Positions 38,690 to 51,699 of a DNA stretch of 64,000 nucleotides are shown in pieces. The stretch's first letter is position 1, and every line of letters starts with the position of its first letter. The DNA lies in contig JAPETS010000031.1 in assembly GCA_026023565.1 (NCBI GenBank), positions 1 to 64,000 on the forward strand. The letters run 5' to 3'. Source of the DNA: Cirrosporium novae-zelandiae. Lineage: Eukaryota. Position numbers and translations under genes: made by a program. Below the pieces are notes generated by a model. That model had not been told where the DNA came from. It saw nothing but the letters and a program-made list of their open reading frames with translations, and made no database searches.

Positions 38690-41600
38690 GCCACACTACG
38701 CTCAACCCCCAAACTACGCTCAACCCCCAAACTCCTCAACGCTTCAACGCTTCAACGCTCTCTACAACTCAATGCTCTATGCTCAACGCCCACCACGCCC
38801 AACCACGTTCTCAACAACGCCCACCAGCCACACACACAAAGTCACCACGAACATTATTTTTATCTTTCCCATCAAACGGGTAGAACGAAAACGCCTTACC
38901 CACCTCTCACACACGATACACAAGATACACAAGATACACAAGATACACAAGATACACAAGATACACAAGTGTACTCACCACAAACATTAATTTATATATA
39001 TTTCCGAAACCGGTAACTTAAACAATTTGTAGATCTACCTAATTACCCTATCCAGGGTAGATAGTCGGCCATCTATAAAAACCTCTCCGATTATTTGTCT
39101 GAGATCCATGATTCACTTATTTCCCCTTTCCCCTTTCCCCTTTCCCCTTTCCCCTTTCTCCTTTTCCCTTTTCCCTTCCTTACTGATAGATAAGGTGTGA
39201 TTCCGATCCGATCTACAAAATTTTGGTAAATCTAGATAATTCAATTTTCTTTATGTTTTACCAAGTAATTACCGATCGGGGAAAAAACGTAAAAAAAAAA
39301 AACTCAAACTCAGTCTATGTGGGAGATAAGAGAGAGAGAAAGAAACAAGGGAAACGAAACCATCCCTAGCACAGGCACTGGCATTGGTTGGTAACTACTA
39401 AGTGGAAGCGAGGTTTTTTTTGTTTAAGTTCCTTACTTTAGTTCAACAAAAACGAAAGAAAAACAAAAAAAAAAGCAAAGAGGGCTGGGAAGTTTAACCA
39501 TCCATGGTATCTCAGGTAACTAGTTCTACCGAGTATGAGGTTTTTTTCATTCGGTGGTAAAAGTTTACTTAGGGGTGGGGGCGTGAATGAGGTGGCCGGC
39601 CTTACTGTCATGCTAAATTGGAGTTTGGAATTAGGATTAGGATTAGGATTAGGATTAGGATTTGGACTTTGGATTTGGATTTGGAATTGAGGCTTCTGGG
39701 CTAACTAGGGGGAGGGGGATTTTACTTTGGTACCTACTTGGGTGGTTGGGTTGTTGTTTGTGTAGGTTGTGTAGGTTGTGTAGGTTGTGTTGGGTTGTTG
39801 GGTTGGAAGCAGGGGGATGGGTCTCTCCAAGACCTTTCCGGATTATACACTTTTGGACCTTTTCCCTTTTTTTCACTCTTTCTTTCTTTTCGGGGGGGTT
39901 TTTTTTTGTGTTTAGCTTGGGTTATGAACCAACTAACCAACCAACCAACCAACCAACTTCTGAGTATAAAGCCTATTTACACCTATCTACTTTCGAAAGT
40001 AGTTTATCATGATAATCATCATACATAATCTATGCGACTACTCTCTCTCTCGCCTATATGACATAATTAAAAACAAATTAATTAATTAATTAATCGTCCG
40101 GCCCTCTCCCCCCCCTCAGCTGAGATATTCGATCGACAGATATTCATTCCATCATCATCATTATTATCATCATTCACTGAGAAAAGCTAAGTTAATTAGG
40201 GGACCAAGAGTTTTTTTTTTTCCTGAACCAAACCCCCGAATCCAATTCAACATATCCATCCATAATGACCTTTCTTTGAATCAACCGATTGATGGTGATG
40301 ATGATTATGATGATGATTCTTCATTTTATTGTCCGCATGTCGCCTACGTGGTCGGTCATTTGTTTTTGACTTCTCCGAGGTTGTTTGTTTGTTTTGAGGT
40401 GGAGTGGGGTGGAGTGGGGTGGAGTTGGATTCCTATGGGCCTGATTGATGTGGATGAACGAGAAGAAGACGTTTGATGAGAATGAATGCCTAAAAAGATT
40501 ATGCATCATACACACATATCTATATATCTACATCAATGTATTTCCATCTATTCGTCCTTTACCACCCAAGCACCACTTCAACCATCTACAACTACATAAC
40601 ACGGTATCACATCCCCCTTCTTCCATTTCTCCAAAACCCCCAAAACACACACACACACAAATAACCCACCACCACCAAACCCCCACATCAAGACATCAAG
40701 TTCCATCCATCAAATCCCAATCCCCCCTGCCCACTAATAATCAATCCAATCCAAGCTAGAGACAGTTCACTGCACACCACTACCACATTCTCCGCCCCCC
40801 GGTTTCAGGATTAAAATAATCTTATCCATACCGAATCTCTCAGTTTTTCAATTCTTAGGTTTCAAGTTTCAATGTTTTTTTTTTCATGGGGTTAAGGGGG
40901 ATATAGATATATGATTTTTTCTTCGAGGGGACGTTGGGGGGTGGGGGGAGAGGGTGAAGGTTCCTAGGAAGTGTATATATAAAGTGAAAGTGAAAGAAGG
41001 GGTTCAGGAATATGGAAGTTGTACTTTGCTTACTTGCTTATTTACTTACTTACTTTGCTTGCTATGTTCTTAACTATCACTTTCCTTCTTCCCTTCCTAC
41101 TTACTACTTAAAAAGTAACCCCCCTTGATGATTTTGCTAACTATTCTGAATTGGTGGTAATGATAATGGGAATACTACCAACCAATCGACCAACCAACCG
41201 AATAAATACCTTCCTAGAAAAAGAAGAAAAAAAAGAAAAAAAGAAAAAAGTGATATTTAATTTTCATATTTCTAGAAAGTAAAAAGTTTTGACTAACCTG
41301 ACCTAATCTACAATACGTCCTTCGTTCCAACTTCGAGTGAGTATTTTTTTTAAGGGTCTTATAATCCGTGGAAAAGATAACTAAGAAAGAGGTAGAGATT
41401 AAAAGTGCTGTTTCTAGGACGTGCAAATGAAAATGAAAATGAAAATAAAGTGGAGTGAAGGAGATTTACTATCCATCCATCTATCCATCCCATCGATGAC
41501 TCAATCCACGAAACGAATTCATCGTGATAACCAACCAACCAACCATATATATAGCAAGCAAGCAAGCAATCAAGGAATCCAACCACCCACCCATCAAAAA

Positions 41601-43230
41601 AAATGAACATGAAAGACAAGAACCAAGAATAAATAATAAATAGGTGATCCAACTAGGTAATCAGGTGTTGACCATTTCGCCCTCCCCCACGAACCACACA
41701 AATTCAATCCCACTCCAATTTTATACTCCCAACTCCAACTCCAACTCCACCTCCACCTCCACCTCCCTCTTAACTCTTCACCCATCAAATATCAAACACC
41801 ACACCTCTCAAAGATACTAGTAGCGTCTAGAATATCCAGGACCTACGACAAGTCCACTCCACTCCACTCCACCCCTTCTCCCCTTCTTAATAATCATCGA
41901 CCCATGCATCCATATAGTTATCTTCATTTTTCTTCATTTCCCCTTTTTCTCTTTCCCCCCCCTCTTCTTTCTTTTTTCATATTCAAACCTACTACTACTA
42001 CTACTACCCCACAACCCCACAATCCCATACCTCATGAACAGATACCCAACCTCAACATCAACCCCCTCCTCCCTCACACGAATAGAAGAATAGAAGAATA
42101 GAAATTTGACCTTTCCGACTTTTCATTCCCAACCCCATCAACCCCCTACCCAAACTATAAATCACCTAAATCTCAAAAAGATTGGAAATTAGAACCGTGA
42201 AGCTTTTTATCTCTCGGTCTGGTCATTTGGTCGTGGGTTTGGGTTTATTTTTTTTGGGTTTATTTTTTTTGGGTTTATTTTTTTTTTGGAGGGGTTATGA
42301 GTGAGTATGGGATGGGATGGGATGAGATGGGATGGGATGGGATGGGAATAGATGAGACATTCTAGGTCCTGATATACGTATATACATACATATATATTAG
42401 AACCATGCCATGCCATTCCATGCCATCCTCATCCTCATCCTCAATCAAATCAATCCTCTTCTACATCCTACACTTCTACACTTCTACTCTACTTTACACT
42501 CCACCTTCCACCTTTCGTCTCCTACCTCCTTTACCCATCCATTCATCCATAACTTTCCCTCAACCACCATAACGGCAGGCAGACAGACAGACAGACCCAC
42601 ACTTCAATCCAATACGATTCAATTCAATTCAATTCAATCATTCATAACAGAGAAAGAAGCTCCTAACCCCTAACTAAGCTAAACTGGCTATCACCATCTT
42701 ATAGCTAACCCTAACCTAACCTAACCTAACCTAACCTAACCTAACCTAACTCTTACCACACAAAAAAAGAGTCAGCCAAGTCCAAGTCCAAGTCAAGTCA
42801 AGCAACCCCAAAAAACAATCAAAGCCCATTATTATTTTTTCTTGAAAAAAAAAGGCTTCGTTTCATGCATACAGATGGGTTAGTTTTTTGTAGTATTTGT
42901 TTTTTAGAAAAAAAACCTCTCTTGCTGGCCGCTGCTGTTTGCTGCTGCTGTTGTTTCCCTTCTCCCTTCTTCTCTTCTTCCCTTGCAAGCTAGCTAGCGA
43001 ATCTCCCATCCATCCCAATCAATTCGACTCCTGTGGTATGAATTCAATCAATGAATCAGAACACAGGCCATTCAAAGAATCACAAACACCTCCCCCCGGA
43101 ACCCACAAAAAGTACCCCTTTTATCAATCAATCAATTGCAAAGGCTAACGTCCGACGTTTCGGAAATAAAATATCCATGGTTTGTCCCAAGCGCCCCCCC
43201 CCCCTCCCCAAATCCCCATTCCCCATTCCC
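38690..43230. repeat. Microsatellite/low-complexity-rich intergenic region
   Basis: (GATACACAA)6 at 38915-38968, (TTCCCC)n near 39120, (TTAGGA)5 at 39631-39660, (CTAAC)8 at 42711-42750, plus many (ACCA)n, (ATGGG)n and homopolymer runs; no credible ORF. Confidence 0.85.
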
Positions 43231-43353
43231 CAAAGTTAGTTTCGCGTCCCGTAAAAATTCCGATTTCATTTCAACCAAGCCTGGTCCCGAACCCATCGCA
43301 TTGTATAAGGTCCCCATTGCCCTGGGGGTTTAATCCATAAATAGATATGATTA

Positions 43354-46300
43354 TTAGCCACCTCCATCCGGTGACGTTGATGAGGATTTTCTTCCTGTCC
43401 CGCCAAGGCTGATAGCAATTTTTCCACCTTTGGCTGCGCTTCTAGAGAACTGTTTGCTATCTTTTCGTTTCAGGAGACTGCCATTATTCCACAAGGCCCC
43501 CCCACTAGAACTTCTGGAAGCTGGGCTACTACTCCTACACCTCCTTTCACCCCGAGCGTTAGAGGCGGGGCTGGGTGCTACGTTGGCGTTTGGTGAGGTA
43601 GTAGGCGAGGAGCCGGCAGATGAGGTGGAAGAACGACGTTTTGCGGAAAGACCGACAAGTTTTCCAAGCTCATCGTCGTCATCATCTTCTCTTCTGCGTT
43701 TTTCGGAGAGACGTTCGGGAGGGCTGCGAGTATGAGATTTTTGGGTCTGTTGTGGGGAATCGGCCGTAGGAGATGTTGTGAAGGAAACTGTTGGGTTGAT
43801 GTGATTTTCGTGATCAGAGTCCGAGTTTGAGGAGTCGTCATCTGCTGGATACGGCACTAGGGGCTTGTTCTGTAGTAATGGCGATGGTGTTGTTGATATC
43901 GCAATGGTCTTTTGCCCCTGAACTTGCGCTTGCATCTGGGGACCATCCGCCGGTTGCATATTCGTAGTGGTTCCGCCTACGGCGAGTTCATCTTCATCAT
44001 CCGAAGTATTGAAATACTCTTCCTCTTGTGAATCCATTTCCTTGACACCTTGAGACCAGCGTCCACCGTTGGTCATAACCTGTGGACTTGATCGCTGCAT
44101 TGGAACACCACCTATTTCGTCACTGTCCCATGCGACCTCTCCATTACTGTATTGTCTCATATTTTGCCTCATGCCTTCATACCGTTCAATCATTGTCCGG
44201 AACGTATCCACGTAAGTTATTTCTTCTAACCGCTCTCTGTATGTCTCGACTAGATGTTTCAACAAAGGTTTGGCATTTTCACGTTTTATGAACTCGAAGA
44301 ACTCGAGGCAGGACGAGTTAAGAAGGTTGTCGCGAGGCATTGTTTCAGTAACAATGTCGAGGACAAGCGAGAATATGGGAGGAGTTGTCGTAATGAGGAG
44401 GGTAACGTAGAACGGATCGGAGAGCTGGACCAGGGTGCGGAAGAATTTGAGCGCCACTGTTGGAAGTTAGTCAATGGTTACCCTATAGATAATACCTAGT
44501 CTAAGAGTAGGAGAGATAATAAGTGTCAGAAAGCAACAAAGTGCAATTGGAGTAGTCATGTGGCGGGGTCTTAAGCCGCCTCTTAAACACGGACCAATAT
44601 TATTTTCATCAGGGAAGTAAGAAATTTAGGGTAACGGGCTAGGAAGCATACTTAGTTTCAGATGCTTTTGCGGAGCTGTTAGAATCTGAGCTACACGAGA
44701 GGCAAGTCCTTCTTCCACCATTAAGAATCTACTTCGATACATGTGCTGACGGATAAAGTAGTTTAGGATATCGACGAGATTTACGAAAAGGGAGACTTCG
44801 CGGAAAGAAAGATCATCCACTAAAATAAATGGTAAGCATATAGAGAAGCAGGAGTTGGTATGGAGACAACGTACTTGTCGTCCGTCCTTCGAGTTCTTTC
44901 AGGGGCTTAAACAGCTTTTTGGAAGACTCCTCGTAAAACATTTGTAGGAATGAATCCATTTGAGTACCCGGGACATTCCCGCGCATTTTCGATAGGAAGT
45001 CGCCTGTAACTTGCTGCCTGAGTTCACTTGGTTGGTTTGGATTACCTTGTAGTGGATCCAGTAGGACTTTGATGGAATCGGCTAATTGTTGTTTAACACC
45101 CAAATCCTCTTCAATGAGTAGGAGGTCTATCAATGTGTCCGTAAGGGGGGGTTTTCTGTCCTGAAGAGCTTTGTACATGTATCCTCGCATCATGGTAGGG
45201 TCGTGATCAAGAAGAGCAACCAAAATATCGGTTCCGGATGAACGAATAGAAGGGTTAGAATGCCTAAGGGCGTATGTGACGACGGTAAATAGGCCAGCCT
45301 GTATGAGATTATTGTAGAACGCCGTCCGTGACTGCAGCTGCAGATTCTTCGTAATAGCACAGCATTGCTGTATAAAATGCACAGCATCCTGTTTTCTCTG
45401 ATCGTCCTCATTATTGTTTTCAAAAATCCCAAACAACTCCTTTAAAAATGCAGCATTTTGTTGTAAGTGCGTAACAATATCGACTTGGTTGAAGAAAATA
45501 AGAGAATTTAGAACCGAAAACGTAGGGTCATCAAGGATTCTAGCTAGAACGACGTCTTTAAGGTATTGAAGGCGCCATGTATGGTGTATCTTCTTTTGAA
45601 TGTTCTCGTCGTTGATCCGGACCACTTCCTTGAACTTTGATTTATCTGCGAGGTACTGTCTATGGTTTGCCTTGTGACTTGGGAAATCGGGATCATCTAC
45701 ATCGGAATCTCAGTATGTTTCTGACTGTATCATGGCAGAATACTCACACTCTAATGCGCCAACAACTCCAATTATTAGATCGTCCGTGACCACATGTTCG
45801 ATGATGGTGTTGTCATTTAGTAATATCAATGTCTTCATGATATTACATAGTTTGTGTAGGTCCTCCAGGTCTTCAAGATCCTCTGCCGTCTCAACAAGCG
45901 GTATGAGTTTCAATATATATCCGTCCCCAAGAATCAGCTTGGCAAGCTGATCTCGACCTGCCGGCGAGCTGGCAGCAGCTCGTATTATTTGTTCAACTTC
46001 AGAAAGATTTCCTAGCTCCGGGGGGGGCAGACCGAATGGCTGGCTCTGCGCAAATGGGTCTATCGTATCATCGGAAAGGGCATCATCTATAGAGGCGCAA
46101 AAAGGACAAGTTAGACATCAGGTCCATGACAACCACGAAAAGGCAAGGGCCGAAGAAGCATAGACATAACATACCCAGTGACATGAGGTGTTGTGATACC
46201 GTACTGACAAAGTCCCTACAAGTCGATGCGTTAGAAAGTTTGCTCGGATCCATCATAGACAAATATTCCTCGTGAGCAAAATTGGCACTAACCATATTGC

Positions 46301-46767
46301 AGCGCATCCTTCTGCTTCCTGGAAGCTTAACGCCATGTCCGTGCCATTCCGTTCCGTCCAGACGATGAGGGTATCTAATGCTAAAATCAGCCTCCGTCGC
46401 GACCGAACCAAGATGATAAACTTGTATGTATACCTTGCTGCTTTTGATACCCAGCTTCCTTGCATATTATGGTTTCCAGCAAAATTCTTGCTGGCTCTTC
46501 TTCCGAATCAACAAGAATCTTTGCCTCGTTCTATACGCATTCAGGAATATCAATCAGTCAAGCTGAGCTTATCTCAAGAATGCAAAGCAACATTGTCCAA
46601 GGAACCCGTGTGTCAACATTGCGACACGAAAGGCGAACAAGGTATCTCACCATCGATGAATCACCCTTGCAGAATCCGGTTCCTCGATCAAACCAGTCAT
46701 TCTCCTTTAGTTCATAGACTTTCACTCGTTTCTTGTCGAACTGTTGCTGAGGCGCAACCATGGCCAT
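43354..46767 (-). CDS. PSY2: Protein phosphatase 4 regulatory subunit 3 (Psy2/SMK-1), multi-exon
   Basis: EVH1-like KRVKVYELKENDWFDRGTGFC, DMALSFQEAEGCAAIW; SMK-1 region KIHHTWRLQYLKDVVLARILDD; MPRDNLLNSSCLEFFEFIKRE. Confidence 0.94.
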
Positions 46768-48038
46768 AGTTGAAAGGCGTTTCCCTCCACTGGGGCAGCG
46801 AGGGTATCACGAGTATCTGCCAGGTATAAGTCGAAAGTATCGCGTTAAGGCTAAGGAACCACGGAAGCGCAAGCGGGATTTAGGTTCGGGATCTTTGTTT
46901 TTTTTTCAGATTGAGGATATCATTAAGCGCGCCTTCCCAAGCTTTGGTAGCTTAGTGACGGGGAATAACGGAGAGGGGAATCACGCGATGAGGTTAAGTT
47001 TGTGTGTGAATGGTTGAAGATGAGATGTGACGCGACACGTATGACTGAAGGAAGGAGAATTGTTTATCGTAATGAAAGCATGATTGGGGCGGTAATTAGA
47101 TGTGTTGGAGGTGGGAGGATTTGCAAGATAGGATTGAGAGTATGTTCGTCACGGTTTGCCGCTTTGCGCCGTCGTTGGGTTTTACTGGGTCTGGGTCGGG
47201 GTGGTCCAGGTGTAGGTAGAGCAACGCTTGACGTGCAGTCAAGTGAAAATCAAAGTGGATCGAGTGGATTCGAGTGGCTCGTTGGCAACTAGGAAATGGA
47301 ACAATAAATTTCCACTGGGGTTGACCAACAACAACTGGACCCCATTAACTTTCTCAGAAGGGGTGATTATTTTTTATTTAGCTAAAAGGCCTGGGAATCG
47401 AAGGGGGCAATGGAACTCTGGGAACTTGGAGGGGGGTCCTTTTAGTAGCTCCCGCTTCCGCAATTAGCACCAACTGAAATCTACCATGTAATTAACGTAC
47501 GAAAGTAATTATCGTGGGGTACAGGAATCTACTCACCTTACTTTTGAGGAATTAATTGGTAGCCACGTAGCCTGTAAATCTCTAGAATCCTGGAGTTGAT
47601 AACTAATAAAACTCTAGAGTAAAGAAGTAAATAGGTAAACAATTAAATAAAAAATAGATTTGTTCCATACAAGTTTGCCATGTCAGAACCCCATCCACGC
47701 CCAGCCCCATCGTCCATCGGTCATCGGGTCCATGGGCCTTCAATCGCCGCGCCATGACCTCACCTTTCCACTGAAACATGAAACTCTCATCCGTGCACCT
47801 CGTACCTTGCATCTCATTCATTTACTCAAAATCTACTCTAATAATAAACCTGATATCAACCTTATTATTCACTGATGGATTTCAACGTGCACATATCTCT
47901 ATGCAGACAAGTAGATGGACAGCATATACCTATATCTAGAAGACAAGATAGCTTTTGTCATTATCATCGTCATTGTCATCGTCATCAACCATGTCTCATA
48001 TCCCACATCACTATTCACCCAGCATCCAATCCAATCCC

Positions 48039-49415
48039 TCAGACCACTCTTGAAATAATATCATTCGGACGCTCTACCTTTCTCTTCGCCGTACCAACAC
48101 CTGAAATCCCTTTCTCCTGGTTGCGTCCAAGCCACGGTTTCTTTGCTTCTCCCCAAACTTTCTTTCCGAGATAGTACACAAAATGTCCAACCATAATCAA
48201 CGTAAATGCAATTGGATACATCCAATGGATATGGTAATTGAACACCTTGAGTCCAATTACCACTCCCCAGAAGTTTCCTGTAAGCAAACTAATGTTGAAG
48301 AAGGCAGCCGAGGACAAGCGAAAAAGAATAGGTGCGCCAGAGTAGAAGATGGCTAGACAAAGTGTATAGCCAGTAAGATAGCCACCCACAGCTCCATTCC
48401 AGACAGCATTACGGATGGAGCCTCGGTCAAAGATTGCAGCTTGAACTCCATTGATAATCATCCCCCACATTCCCATCTGGCCAATGACTTCGTACATTGG
48501 TCGCTTGCTCACCAAGAACTCCTCTGCCGTATTGCTAAGACCGTAGAATGTAGCCCCAACGAGAGCGAACAAATCACCCTTGAGTTGATCTCCTGAAGAA
48601 ATATCGCCGCCATTGGAGCCCGTGATATGGTCGGATGCAAGTAGGATCCCCATACCAGCAATGCAAACAAATATTCCTCCTATTTGCCAAGGGTGATATC
48701 GTACTTTGAGGAAGAGGAAGGAAATTGCGCATACGACCACGATAGCCCAGAAATTGATAAGCTGACAGGAGAGAATGGTCGTGTAGCGATAGGCGAGAAC
48801 GGTAAAATAATTACCTTCCACATCACAGAAAGATAGAATTATATCTACAATCAATTAGTATATATATATAACAAGGAATTAAGAGGTTATACATTTCCAG
48901 CCATCCTTCCAGATAAGCTTGCCATATCCTTTAAACTTATATCGGTAGATGGTGTAGCTGACGTAGATTAAGCTCAAGAAAACATAATTGAAGAATGATT
49001 GAAATGCTGGCATTGACGTCCCTTCTTCAGCCAAGAGGGAGGTGAACGTGTTGGTTCCAGTTTGGCAAAGTGTGAGGAATTGTCTATGTTCCAGGGCATA
49101 TTAGCAATTGGTCGCAAAGTGGAATATAATAAGCACGTTAATTTATAATAGGCGGAGAAGAGCAATTACTTACCCAAGTAACACCACCAAATAAAAATCC
49201 CAAGTTTTGAGATACGCAAACCGTCCTTTCTTTACTTCTTCGATTTCCTCAATCGTATGTGGTTCACCGTGGTTCATTGATCCATATCCGCTCACATTTT
49301 CTGGTGTATTATGCACAGGCGACGAGGCAGTTAACGTGAGATCATTTGTTTGAACGGAGACATTTTTATCGTCTGCATTATTTCGCGCATGTGCTTCGTC
49401 GATTGATGAACCCAT
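48039..49415 (-). CDS. SLC35F/DUF914 family membrane transporter, three exons
   Basis: Multiple TM helices; DVEGNYFTVLAYRYTTILSCQLINFW, GDLFALVGATFYGLSNTAEE, RLSSAAFFNISLLTGNFWG. Confidence 0.9.
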
Positions 49416-50190
49416 GGTGTCTTAGCAGTAATGTATCAAGAGATCTTGATTTTTGGAAAGTTGGTGATGGTGGAGCTTTGTAGTTGAAAAGTGAGCGCAA
49501 AACTCCCGAAGTCGCCCACTGTGTCTCAACTTGTCATGGAAGGGGGGGGTATATGAATGTGATGAAGAAAAAGAGGAAAAGAGGAGAAGAAGAGAACTGG
49601 GAGACCAGAAGATAAAAAATATGAACTGCGACCACAGTAGTTCCATGGACCATGATTTGGGGCTAGACCAAATCGCCAGGGTTTACCGATAAAGTCGACC
49701 AACCGTATCAAACTTGAAAAACCGTGGTTGACAGGGATCGGCAAGCACGAGCCAATTGTAGTCAATTCCCACTGACCTTCGGATCTTCTCGCCTAAGGCC
49801 ACGAGATTTGCTTCAAGCTATTGCCCCTCGTGCCCCTCTTCACCAGGGCAAAGAATAAGCCCCGAATTTAGTCTTCAGCCTAGAATTCAAAATAAGATAG
49901 TAATAATTAAACCGACACAGTAGGCGAAGGAATGATATCTCAAAACAGGTATTACTCCCACCTAATGCTCCCGCTAATATTCAATCTGTATACATCCTTG
50001 TTGACCCATATTCGCTTTTTGAATAAATTCCTGCATTAGTCCTTCTAATATATCCAGGAGATCATAGCAAATGAAAATCATTATGCTGTTAAACTAACGA
50101 GAGTCTACTTGCTCTCCAGTAGATATCTGCAAGTCATCCCATAAATGATCATGTAGTATCTCGGTAGGAACCCAATGAGCGGCAACTGCA

Positions 50191-50983
50191 TTACTTGTCT
50201 TTGACCCAAAACCCCCAAGTTCTCCTCCTCTTGATAGTAGGGTGGGCTTGATTTGCGGCCTGTTCCATTTGCTTCCTGACTAAAGCAATGTCCAGGAGTG
50301 GTGCGTTGCTGACTCTCCGACCATTTGTGTCTTTGTTGGTGCTTTTCCTGAAGTGGTCGTCGGGAACATGTTGAATAATAGGGCGAACGTAACGAGTCTT
50401 CTCTATGTCCAAGTATTCTGGAAAGTAGTGAGCTGATGGCCCAAGGAGATGGATATGAATATAAATACCAAAAGAGCCCGATGAATAGTTTGACGATACT
50501 GAAGACCCAGATCGGCGAGCCATTACGCCTTCTGTAACAATGTTAATAGCTGTCATATTCCAGGTATATCATTTACCATAGTCTACCAATAACCGGAAGC
50601 TTCTCAAGGCTCGTTTCAGATTGGAATCCCACAACCGTCCTTCTCCTGTTTTGGCGTTGATTCTCAGTTATCGTCGTCCACTCGCTTATATCAGCGCTAT
50701 TATTCCTATTCACGGTCGTCACGTTTGATAGTCTGCTGTTGGTTCTGTTCATTGTTCTTCTCCTGTATTCTGCACTTATAGCTTTCCTATCTTCAATCTT
50801 CCGGCTGATAGGAGTTCCATATAGGGCACCGACTGTGGCAGGTGTTGGGACATGTTTATAGGGGGGTGGGGCAGGTGTTGGGACGTGATTATAGGGAGGT
50901 GGAGCAGGTGTCTGGATATTTTTTGAATCATTTTGACTGTTGGTAGTTTTTTTGGATCCACGAAACCTGCTGAAAAAAGCCAT
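50191..50983 (-). CDS. Small fungal hypothetical protein; one phase-1 intron joins ORFs 50573-51019 and 50191-50556
   Basis: MAFFSRFRGSKK start at 50983; PYKHVPT motif; G|GTAGAC...TACAG|AA junction restores the frame; ends KRRRTWGFWVKDK. Confidence 0.7.
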
Positions 50984-51699
50984 TACACGGAATTTCCGTA
51001 TCCTCGAACGTGGCAACAAGGGGCTGTAAATTGGCTTGATTTAATGATAAGAATAGAACGTAAGTGCTCGTAGATCTCGCGATAAGATTTCTAGAAGGAA
51101 AATCACATGTAACACGATAATAATATAGATAACGAATGTAGTATTGATGTTGCTGGAATAATTCTAGAAGTATTGCATGTAGGTTTCTAATGGATGGGAG
51201 ACTTGAGGAAGAAGTAAACGACCGGAGCTTTAAGTACCTGAAAAGGGCTGTTCCGCAAACAGGATTGAGGAAACGGAATCAAAAACAAGACACGAGATAG
51301 GAAGAAAGAGCAGCTGCGGTTTTAATTAAAGATGGGCACGTAAATTAAAAGTATGGTGGGTAAATCCGATCCGTTGAGTTACGAGCGAACAACGTGGGAC
51401 ACCGAATGTAAGCTCAGACTGAGACATGCATGTTTACATATGGAGACTCAGATTAGTGGTCACAAATTGAATAGAGAGTAACTTAACTAAGCTGGCAGTA
51501 TTGTTGGCAAGTATTTGCAATGTTCAAGTCATAATGTTGCTTCGCGCCCGTGTCTCCACTGTCAGTTTGACCCATACGAACTTAATTTGCCTAAGACTGA
51601 TGCACGGTATAGCCTTATCAAATGAAGAACAAGCACCAAAATGGTCCAAAATATCCCCTGTCGGCCCCTCGTTTTCTTTGTTACGAGAATGGCTGCTTC

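Noticed and set aside
38615..42673. Many short ORFs with repetitive peptides (DTQDTQ, CRLCRL, NPKKINPKK)
   Set aside because: Translations of microsatellites.
39631..42750. (TTAGGA)5 and (CTAAC)8 as an interstitial telomere fusion scar
   Set aside because: Neither is a TTAGGG array, they are 3 kb apart, and the region is full of unrelated microsatellites.
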